From positions 1-50,173 of the forward strand of contig JBDLJZ010000002.1 in assembly GCA_039714095.1 (NCBI GenBank): 50,173 bases of DNA, written 5' to 3'. Shown one piece after another: positions 33,340 through 40,975 of this stretch (position 1 is the stretch's first letter; every line of letters begins with the position of its first letter). Position numbers and translations under genes: made by a program. This DNA comes from Nanobdellota archaeon (GTDB lineage Archaea > Nanobdellota > Nanobdellia > Pacearchaeales > GW2011-AR1). The notes beneath the pieces were generated by a model that was not told the origin of the DNA, searched no databases, and was given only the letters and a program-made list of their open reading frames with translations.

Positions 33340-34065
33340 TTAATCATCTGTCTCAACTCTCGGCGCAAGAATAAAACTTAATTCCATCCCGTTATCTCTT
33401 AAATCCATTCTCAATGGATGATTAGCAGCAAAATTCAAAATAGTTTTTTCACTTAATTTACAACCCTTAATAAATTTAGAAAGATATTCCAAACTATATC
33501 TAGATTTACAATCTTCTGCATTAATTTGTGCTTCATCTCCAGAAAATTCTGCACGAGCAGAATTCAATCCTTTAGCTTCAATTATAAATTTCCCTTCCCC
33601 AACAATAAATGAACAAGCCTCTGCAACAATTGAACAATCTTCAACAGAATCAATTAAATCAGAAGAATTAATTTCAACTCTTGAACTAAATTCCAAACTC
33701 GGCATTTCCTTGTCTTCGCTTTCAATATTAATCAAACCCAAACTAAAATTTCTCAAAATTCTATCTTCAATTCTAATATTTAACATATTTTCTTGTTTTT
33801 CTAAAATTAAAGAACTCTTTGTTCCACATCTTTTTAAAATTCTTTTAAAATCATCTAAATTAACTCCTAAAACTTCATCTGTTACTTCAAACATAGAAAA
33901 AAAACTCTTTGGGAGTTTAAATCCAACCATTGCAACATTTGCAGGGTCAATAGCAACAATACTCATACCAAATTCATTTACTTTTAATCTGACTTCAGAG
34001 ACTAATTCAGAAATAATCTCTACAGCTTTTGATAACATTAAAGGATTATCTAATTTAACTTTCAT
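33340..34065 (-). CDS. pcn: DNA polymerase sliding clamp PCNA
   Basis: 241 aa. ..AVEIISELVSEVRLKVNEFGMSIVAIDPANVAMVGFKLPKSFF.. and the C-terminal ..HPLRMDL...MELSFILAPRVE are typical of archaeal PCNA. Confidence 0.9.
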   Translation of the reverse strand: MKVKLDNPLMLSKAVEIISELVSEVRLKVNEFGMSIVAIDPANVAMVGFKLPKSFFSMFEVTDEVLGVNLDDFKRILKRCGTKSSLILEKQENMLNIRIEDRILRNFSLGLINIESEDKEMPSLEFSSRVEINSSDLIDSVEDCSIVAEACSFIVGEGKFIIEAKGLNSARAEFSGDEAQINAEDCKSRYSLEYLSKFIKGCKLSEKTILNFAANHPLRMDLRDNGMELSFILAPRVETDD

Positions 34066-34119
34066 TTTTTAGAAAAACCTTTTTGTCTTATAAGCATTTC
34101 TGTTATTTAGTATAAATAA

Positions 34120-34316
34120 CTATGCGATCTTCGTTGGATTGCACAAGAAAAATCTCCCATCGCAAAGGGCAGAGAAAACGAGCGATTTCATTTGCACTAT
34201 CTACGAAGTGTCGTAAGCAAATGGGGTCAGGAGCCAAAAAAAACTAGCTTAGGTGAGCAATTACACTTGCATCAAATTCCAAAGGCAATTTAAAAAAATC
34301 GCAAGCGTGATTGGGA
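34120..34316 (+). ncRNA. G+C-rich structured intergenic element (diverged family-1 copy D), candidate small RNA of unknown class
   Basis: Begins ctatgcgatcttcgttggattgcac (H1 5' half) and ends ggcaatttaaaaaaatcgc (H1 3' half). Internal hairpin CATTTGC-actatc-TACGA-agtg-TCGTA-a-GCAAATG at 34189..34223. Confidence 0.35.
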
Positions 34317-34372
34317 ATTTGTTTTTATATTTCTACAATAAACAATATAAACTTTTATACATTTAATGAACA

Positions 34373-37042
34373 ATGGAAAAATCCATTAGAGAACAACGTA
34401 TAAGAAATTTAACTCATATTTATTATTCTCGTCCAGAAGTTCAAAAAGCAATATATAAATTTTGTAAGGATAGGGAAATTTCCCCGAGGTATTTTGAAGG
34501 ATTTGGAAAACGCCCAGATTCATTTCAATATCAAGGCGACATTTTTGAACTTGTAAAAAAAGGCGCAACCTCTTTCCACTGCTCAGAAGAAATCTGGAAA
34601 AATCCTTTATCAATTTCAACAGATATGACTCCTGAGAAATACAATGAAATAAGAACTGGCTGGGATTTGATTTTAGATATAGATAGCAAATATATTGATT
34701 ATTCCAAAATTATGGTGCAGGAAATTGTAAAAGTATTAAATTTTCACGGAATAAAAAATCTCGGAATTAAATTCAGCGTAGCAGGAGAAACCCCAATATT
34801 AATAGAAAATAATAATCAAATTTCATTAATGCCAATTTCTGAAGTAATAAGTTTAATAAAAAAAGGAAACAAAATAAAAGTTTTATCCTTAGATAGAGAG
34901 AAAAAATTAAAATTATCAAAAATTTATAATTTTCTTGAACATAAAGATACTTTATATGAAATTAAACATACTCAAAGTACCTTGCCTCTTAAAGTTACAA
35001 AACACCATTCAGTATTTATTTGGGATAAGGGGAATATATTAGAAAAAAAAGTTAGTGAATTAAAAAAAGGAGATTTTTTAATTTCATTTAACACACAAAA
35101 AAATCCATTAGCTTCCCCAAATTTAAAAACTATAAATAAATTTGAATTTAGTAAAAATCAGCATTCTAAAAAAATTATTTACAAAGAAATAAAAATAACT
35201 AAAAAATTAATGAGATTAATTGGATATTTTTTAGCAGAAGGGCATACAACAGACACAATTAATCAGGTAGGGTTTACTTTTAATGTAAACGAAAAAGAAT
35301 ATATAGAAGATGTTATAGAACTTTTAACATTATTAACTAAACGAAAAATTTCAATAAGACATCCAAATCCAAATTCTACTCAAATTTTAATTCATTCAAA
35401 AGAATGGTCAACTTTTTTTAATAATTTTTGCGGAAAGAAAAAAAATAAACATGTTCCTTCTTTTTCTTGGGAATCCTCAAGAGAATTATTTTTAGAAATG
35501 CTTAAAGGATACATAAGAGGGGATGGATATAAAATAGGAGAATACGGGATTGTAGTTAAATCAGTATCAAAGAAATTAATAACAGAAATGATCTGGCTTT
35601 GCAAATTAAATAATATTTCTTGTAATTTATCTTGGGAACAGAACAAGCCACATACTTTACCTCAAGGAACTTTTTTTAAGGGAAGTTTGGTTTATATGTT
35701 AAGGATTCCAAAATCTGAACTTAAAAATCTAGAATTTCATAGAAAAAGAAATAAATTTTCTCCCTACGCAGGAGATAGAACGTTCCCTATTGATGGATTA
35801 AAAGAAGTTTACAAACAAATTAAACCAAAAATGTTTAATTCTCATAGAGTAGAGCAGATGACCTTAAGTAAAAAAGAAGCAAACTTAAAAAGGATAAGAA
35901 AGGTTTTGGATTGGTTTTATAAATTTAAAGAGGTAGAATCTAATAAAGATTCTAAAGAAATATTATCTAATTACGAAAAATTGTTCAATTTAGATATTGT
36001 AACAATTAAAATAAAAGAAATAACTAAAAAAGAAAAAGCTATGGTTTATGATGTCTCTGTTGAAAAAACAGAATCTTTTTTTGGAAATTATTATCCTTTA
36101 TTGCTACATAATTCTGGTTCAAAAGGATTTCACATAATTATTCCTTGGAAATCTTTTCCAAAAGAAGTTAATGGAATAAAAACAAAAAACATGTTCCCAG
36201 AATGGCCTCGTATTCTTCTACAATACATTAGCAAAAAAACAGAACCTTTTCTAATAAAAGAGATAACTAAACTAACAACTATAAATAAATACATTAAAGA
36301 TTTTGAAGCACCAAAAGAAGTTGTCCCAGATATTATTTTAGTTTCTCCCCGTCATTTATTCAGAACTCCTTATTCTCTTCACGAAAAAACATCTCTCGCA
36401 AGTGTTGTCTTAACTCCTGAAGAAGTTGCAAATTTTGAATTAAAAGATGCTATGCCTATGAAAGTAAAAATAAAGGATTTTATACCTAATTTAGAAGACA
36501 TAAAAGAAGGAGAAGCTTCAGAACTTTTAATGCAAGCATTAGATTGGTGGAAAGACCAAAAACCAGAAGACAACAAAAAAGCAGAAGGAAAATTTGCAAA
36601 TTTCAAACCACTTCAACTTACAAATATAAAAGAGAACCAATTTCCTCCTTGTATAATTAATATTTTAAATGGAATAAGAGACGGGAAAAAACGGGCATTA
36701 TTTACACTAATACACTTTTTTCGTTCAATAGGAACTGATAAAGTTGAGTTAGAAAAGAAAATAGAAAAATGGAATAAAAAAAATATTCCCCCATTAAAAC
36801 AAGGGTATATAACCTCGCAATTGTCTTGGGCTTATAAAAGAAAACCATTAATGCCAGCAAACTGCAAAGAATTTTATCAAGGAATAGCAGTGTGTACTTC
36901 AGATAATTTGTGCAAACAAATAAAAAATCCTGTAAATTATATTGTAAGAAAAAACTTCGCAGAAAATAAAAATTCCAAGAAAAAGAAAGTAGAAAATAAG
37001 AAAGATAAAAAGAAAACAGTGCCCAAAAACAAAAATAAATAA
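34373..37042 (+). CDS. archaeo-eukaryotic DNA primase, fused PriS catalytic domain + PriL-CTD-like Fe-S domain, interrupted by an intein
   Basis: AEP motifs GWDLILDIDS (DxD), (F)-SGSKGFH split by the intein, and SPRHLFRTPYSLHEKT. The C-terminal FPPCIINIL...PANC...VCTSDNLC gives four Cys, as in the PriL 4Fe-4S domain. Confidence 0.85.
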   Translation: MEKSIREQRIRNLTHIYYSRPEVQKAIYKFCKDREISPRYFEGFGKRPDSFQYQGDIFELVKKGATSFHCSEEIWKNPLSISTDMTPEKYNEIRTGWDLILDIDSKYIDYSKIMVQEIVKVLNFHGIKNLGIKFSVAGETPILIENNNQISLMPISEVISLIKKGNKIKVLSLDREKKLKLSKIYNFLEHKDTLYEIKHTQSTLPLKVTKHHSVFIWDKGNILEKKVSELKKGDFLISFNTQKNPLASPNLKTINKFEFSKNQHSKKIIYKEIKITKKLMRLIGYFLAEGHTTDTINQVGFTFNVNEKEYIEDVIELLTLLTKRKISIRHPNPNSTQILIHSKEWSTFFNNFCGKKKNKHVPSFSWESSRELFLEMLKGYIRGDGYKIGEYGIVVKSVSKKLITEMIWLCKLNNISCNLSWEQNKPHTLPQGTFFKGSLVYMLRIPKSELKNLEFHRKRNKFSPYAGDRTFPIDGLKEVYKQIKPKMFNSHRVEQMTLSKKEANLKRIRKVLDWFYKFKEVESNKDSKEILSNYEKLFNLDIVTIKIKEITKKEKAMVYDVSVEKTESFFGNYYPLLLHNSGSKGFHIIIPWKSFPKEVNGIKTKNMFPEWPRILLQYISKKTEPFLIKEITKLTTINKYIKDFEAPKEVVPDIILVSPRHLFRTPYSLHEKTSLASVVLTPEEVANFELKDAMPMKVKIKDFIPNLEDIKEGEASELLMQALDWWKDQKPEDNKKAEGKFANFKPLQLTNIKENQFPPCIINILNGIRDGKKRALFTLIHFFRSIGTDKVELEKKIEKWNKKNIPPLKQGYITSQLSWAYKRKPLMPANCKEFYQGIAVCTSDNLCKQIKNPVNYIVRKNFAENKNSKKKKVENKKDKKKTVPKNKNK
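34775..36112 (+). mobile_element. intein (446 aa, Ser1 ... His-Asn / +1 Ser) with a LAGLIDADG homing endonuclease
   Basis: Block A SVAGETPILI, LAGLIDADG motifs LIGYFLAEGH and LKGYIRGDGY, blocks F/G VYDVSVEKTESFFGNYYPLLLHN followed by S. Excision restores GIKF-SGSKGFH. Confidence 0.8.
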
Positions 37043-37117
37043 TTTTAATACATTTGGAGTTAAAGATATAAAATTTTAGATTGTTTTGGTGGATAAGTTT
37101 TTAAGTTTCTTTTTCTT

Positions 37118-37753
37118 GTGGTTTTTATGCCTAAAGAATGGATATTGAACACTGCAATGAATAGATTCCAATTAAATTTTAAAAGAAATGTTGGGGCCAC
37201 TTCTGAAAGCATAAGAAAGTGCTCTCCTAAAACTCTTAAAAAATGGGAAGAATATTATTATACAGAAGTTAAACCAAAAGAACACATAAATAGTTTAGGT
37301 AAAATATTATTCCAAAAAATAAAAGATATTGTTAAAAAAGAGCTTGGTGAAATAACAGAGAAAGATTGTATAGATTATATGCACAATCTTGTTATAAATA
37401 GAACTTATGATGGTTATAATACAGAAGTTTCTATGATTAAAAGCATATTAAGCAATGAATTAAATATTAATATTGAAGAATCTCCAGACGAATGGGATAG
37501 ATTATTTAATATTGATTTTTTTATAAAAGCTAAAGATAAATTTATTGGATTACAAATTAAACCTACTGGCTCAGAAAGTTCTTTTCAAGTCCAGAAAGAG
37601 AAAAGACAACAATTAGAAACCCACGAAAAATTTACTAAGAAATATGGGGGAAAAGTTTTTTATGTTTATTCAATAAAAAAAGGGGATAAAAAAATTTTGG
37701 CTAATCCCGAAGTAATTGAAGAGATAAAAGAAGAAATAAAAAAACTTTCTTAA
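37118..37753 (+). CDS. putative type II restriction endonuclease (PD-(D/E)xK-like, possibly MjaI-like)
   Basis: Convergent with the methyltransferase, with a 4-nt overlap. Candidate catalytic segment is DEWDRLFNIDFFIKAKDKFIGLQIKP. The family assignment is from memory only. Confidence 0.45.
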   Translation: MVFMPKEWILNTAMNRFQLNFKRNVGATSESIRKCSPKTLKKWEEYYYTEVKPKEHINSLGKILFQKIKDIVKKELGEITEKDCIDYMHNLVINRTYDGYNTEVSMIKSILSNELNINIEESPDEWDRLFNIDFFIKAKDKFIGLQIKPTGSESSFQVQKEKRQQLETHEKFTKKYGGKVFYVYSIKKGDKKILANPEVIEEIKEEIKKLS

Positions 37754-38790
37754 AATTTATGTGTTACTTCAAATAAATTTTCATTTATCTTAGAGATTTT
37801 TTTTATCTTTGGGATATGAATATTAATTTCTTGTCTTGTCATAACAGGAAATTTATAATTTTTACTAATATATTTTAATGTTCCTTTTTCTTCTTTTCTT
37901 TTCTTAACAAAAACATTATGTTTTTCTAATCTTAAATCTATAAACTCATTTGCAGGTTCTTCAATTTGCATTAATTTATTATTTATATGTTCTTTAAAAT
38001 TAATATCTATTTCATAACCAATACTATTTCTCCCACAAACCATAGAACCGAAGGTAGTTGTCCCTGTTCCTAAAAAAGGGTCTAAAATCACATCTCCTTG
38101 AACAGAAAACATACTAATTAATCTATAAGTTAACTCTGGAGGATATGCCGCACTTCTTTTTCTTAATTTTATGTCATTTAATTTTTGAAAAACTCCATTA
38201 ATATCTTTCCACTTATCAGAAAACCACACATTCCTTTCTTCCCAGAAGAAAGCACTTTTTTGTCTATTCTCTTTTTGTTCTTGTTTTATGAATTTTCTTT
38301 TTCCACCTTTTCTCAAAATTAAAATGTGCTCATGTTCTAAAGTAACATAAGCACCAACAGGCAACATTCCAGAGCCCATGAACTTATCAGGTTTATTTGT
38401 TTCTTTAACCCAGAGAATTTCTGGTAAAGCGTGGAAACCTAATTTTAAACAATGATTTAATATTCTTGCGTGGTTAGTATAGATTTGAAAAATTTCTTTT
38501 ATAGTTCTTGTTGCATCCCCAATATTTATACATGCAATTCCCCCATTTTTTAAAACTCTAAAAGTTTCATTCCAAACTTTATCTAATTCTTTGTGCATTA
38601 ATTCAAATGCTTTTCCTCCTTCCTCTCTTTTTAATTCATTTTTTATTTTTGGGTTTTGTTCTCCAAACATTTCATCCCACATTTTAATCATAGGGTATGG
38701 AGGGGAAGTTATCATTAAATCAACACTTTCATTATCTAATTCTTTCATATTTCTTGCATCTCTTAAAATTATTTTATGTTCTGTTTTCAT
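37750..38790 (-). CDS. beta-class DNA methyltransferase (N4-cytosine or N6-adenine)
   Basis: Motif IV TSPPYP near the N-terminus and motif I DPFLGTGTT near the C-terminus (the beta-class order). Confidence 0.85.
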   Translation of the reverse strand: MKTEHKIILRDARNMKELDNESVDLMITSPPYPMIKMWDEMFGEQNPKIKNELKREEGGKAFELMHKELDKVWNETFRVLKNGGIACINIGDATRTIKEIFQIYTNHARILNHCLKLGFHALPEILWVKETNKPDKFMGSGMLPVGAYVTLEHEHILILRKGGKRKFIKQEQKENRQKSAFFWEERNVWFSDKWKDINGVFQKLNDIKLRKRSAAYPPELTYRLISMFSVQGDVILDPFLGTGTTTFGSMVCGRNSIGYEIDINFKEHINNKLMQIEEPANEFIDLRLEKHNVFVKKRKEEKGTLKYISKNYKFPVMTRQEINIHIPKIKKISKINENLFEVTHKF

Positions 38791-38987
38791 TTTTTCATTT
38801 TTTCATTTTTAGTAAATTTAGTTTTTTTCCTATCCCAATAAGGGCTTTTACATTTTGGACAGATACGCGATTTTTCTTCTTCTCTCTGAATCCATTTATG
38901 TCTACATCTAAAACATTTATTCCCTTTAATAAAAATATTGTGACCAAACTCCTCTTTTTTATCTGCCATATTTAAAATAATGTCCAT
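38787..38987 (-). CDS. small zinc-ribbon protein upstream of the methyltransferase (possible controller)
   Basis: CFRCRHKW..(x13)..CPKCKSPYW. 4-nt overlap with the methyltransferase start. Confidence 0.4.
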   Translation of the reverse strand: MDIILNMADKKEEFGHNIFIKGNKCFRCRHKWIQREEEKSRICPKCKSPYWDRKKTKFTKNEKMKK

Positions 38988-39089
38988 TTTCTTTATAAAC
39001 CTTTTGATATATACCTAATCATATATGTTTAGTTTATTCAATTTTTCATTTTTTATCAACCCAATTAATTCATAATAATCCAAGAAATA

Positions 39090-39097
39090 TTTATAAA
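39090..39097 (+). promoter_or_regulatory. putative TATA box (TTTATAAA) about 26 nt upstream of ATG 39119
   Basis: The sequence atatTTATAAAtt. Confidence 0.4.
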
Positions 39098-39118
39098 TTG
39101 AAATATCATAATTAAATT

Positions 39119-40933
39119 ATGAAAAAAGGTGTATTATTATTTATCTTATGTTCGTTATTTCTAATTTCATTTATAATTGCTGAAGATGAAGTAAGTCAAA
39201 CAATAGATGACAAAGCTTATACTTGTTTAAAAGATAAATTAGACCAGACAAATTGCGATAGTCTTTCTTCAGAAGGAAAAATATTCGCATTGCTAACATT
39301 AGGAGAATGCAAAGATGAAGTTCTTGCGGATTCAAATTTTAAGTCAGATTTAAAATTAACTTCCCAAGCAATTTTAGCATTAGATACAGTTGGTGTTGAT
39401 ACAGCCGAAGCAGTTGATTGGATATGGGCACAAAATAAAACTCCCACAGATATGATTTGGTATTTGCAAATTGATAGTTCAGAAGCAACTTCTTGCACAA
39501 TAAATTATGAAAATAATGATTATACAATCAATATAGCAGAAGATAAAAAACTAGACTCTAATGCTGGGACTTGTCTTACTCGTGCTACAGGAAATTACTG
39601 GCTTCAAATTACTCCTAATTGTTATGATGAAGAATTTGAAATTACTTGTGGAGAAAGTACAGACTCACTAACTTTTAAAACAAATCTTTTATTTAAAAGA
39701 CCAAATGATAATACAATCCACGTTTCATTTGATACTCATTCTGGAGACGGAGGACAAACAACTACTGAAAAAGTAGAATTTCTATGTTTTCAAAAAAGTA
39801 ACAATTGCGATTATGAAGGAACTCTTTGGGCAACAATAGTTTTAGATTATCTTGGAACAACAGATGATTTATCATCTCTTGTATTTTATCTTACAACCTT
39901 AAATGATGTGTATTCTGAATTACTTCCAGAATCATTTTTATATTATTTAACTGGAGAAAATAAATTTGAGAATAATTTAATTCAAAGCCAATCTCCTTCA
40001 GGATTTTGGAAAGTAGGAACCAATAAATATTATGATACTGCTGTAGCACTTTTATCAGTTCCTTCTGGCAGTACTTCTTGGAATGACGCAATATCTTGGT
40101 TAGAAGAGGAACAAGCAGATTCAGGATGTTGGAATTCTAATAATTTTGTAGATACTGCATTTATTGTTTATTCTGCATGGCCAAGAGGAGTTAGTTTAAC
40201 AGGGGGAGAGGCATCAATTTCAGAGGGAGAAAATTGTGTTGATGCAGGTTATTTTTGTATGTCTGGAATAAATTGTGCTGGAGAAATTCTTAGTTCATAT
40301 GATTGCACAGGTTTTGATAAATGTTGTAGTAAAGAAGAAGTATTGGAAACCTGTGAGGATTTAAACGGAGAAATTTGCAACTCAAATCAGCAGTGTTCAG
40401 GTGGCACATCTGAAAATACTTTTGATTTAAATTACGGACAATCATGTTGTATTAATGGTGCATGTGAAACAAAAGTAGTAGAAGAATTTACTTGCGAATC
40501 AAGCAGAGGTATTTGTAGAATTGATGGTTGCGACGATAATGAAGAATCATCTTACGACACTTGTGAATTTGGAGACACTTGTTGCGTAACAAAAACTTCT
40601 AAAGAAAAAAATTATCTTTGGTTGTGGATATTAATTTTTTTAATTTTAATAGGATTAGTTATTTTAGGAATTTTCAAAAAAGATAAACTAAGAGAGTTGT
40701 GGTTTAGATTAAAATCTAAATTTAAAAAATCCTCTTCAGGTTCTGGCAATCTTAGAAGACCTCCAAGAAGACCTTCAACCCCTGCTTCAGCACAAAGAAG
40801 AATAATTCAGGGAAGAACTTCTCCTCCAAGAAGAGCCTTAGTAAAAAGACCTTCAAAAATAACACGACCTTCTTCAAAAGCCCCGAGTGAAATTAATGAT
40901 GTTCTAAAAAGACTTAAGGAGATGGGAAAATAA
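39119..40933 (+). CDS. secreted protein with terpenoid-cyclase/prenyltransferase-like QW repeats, three Cys modules, a TM and an Arg/Pro-rich cytoplasmic tail
   Basis: Signal peptide MKKGVLLFILCSLFLISFIIA. QW-type motifs QSPSGFWK and QADSGCWN. TM LWLWILIFLILIGLVILGIF. Tail RRPPRRPSTPASAQRR..SPPRR. Confidence 0.55.
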   Translation: MKKGVLLFILCSLFLISFIIAEDEVSQTIDDKAYTCLKDKLDQTNCDSLSSEGKIFALLTLGECKDEVLADSNFKSDLKLTSQAILALDTVGVDTAEAVDWIWAQNKTPTDMIWYLQIDSSEATSCTINYENNDYTINIAEDKKLDSNAGTCLTRATGNYWLQITPNCYDEEFEITCGESTDSLTFKTNLLFKRPNDNTIHVSFDTHSGDGGQTTTEKVEFLCFQKSNNCDYEGTLWATIVLDYLGTTDDLSSLVFYLTTLNDVYSELLPESFLYYLTGENKFENNLIQSQSPSGFWKVGTNKYYDTAVALLSVPSGSTSWNDAISWLEEEQADSGCWNSNNFVDTAFIVYSAWPRGVSLTGGEASISEGENCVDAGYFCMSGINCAGEILSSYDCTGFDKCCSKEEVLETCEDLNGEICNSNQQCSGGTSENTFDLNYGQSCCINGACETKVVEEFTCESSRGICRIDGCDDNEESSYDTCEFGDTCCVTKTSKEKNYLWLWILIFLILIGLVILGIFKKDKLRELWFRLKSKFKKSSSGSGNLRRPPRRPSTPASAQRRIIQGRTSPPRRALVKRPSKITRPSSKAPSEINDVLKRLKEMGK

Positions 40934-40975
40934 ATCCAAAGGAATTTATTTAAACTCTTTTTTTCTTAATTGTCT

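Noticed and set aside
2081-34316. The possibility that the dispersed G+C-rich repeats are a CRISPR array or degenerate spacers
   Set aside because: The copies are kilobases apart, are not regularly spaced, differ in module content, and no cas genes are present.
34066-34372. Replication origin between PCNA and primase
   Set aside because: No orc1/cdc6 gene is adjacent. I could not find repeated ORB-like boxes flanking an AT-rich unwinding element. The conspicuous feature is instead a single G+C-rich structured element.
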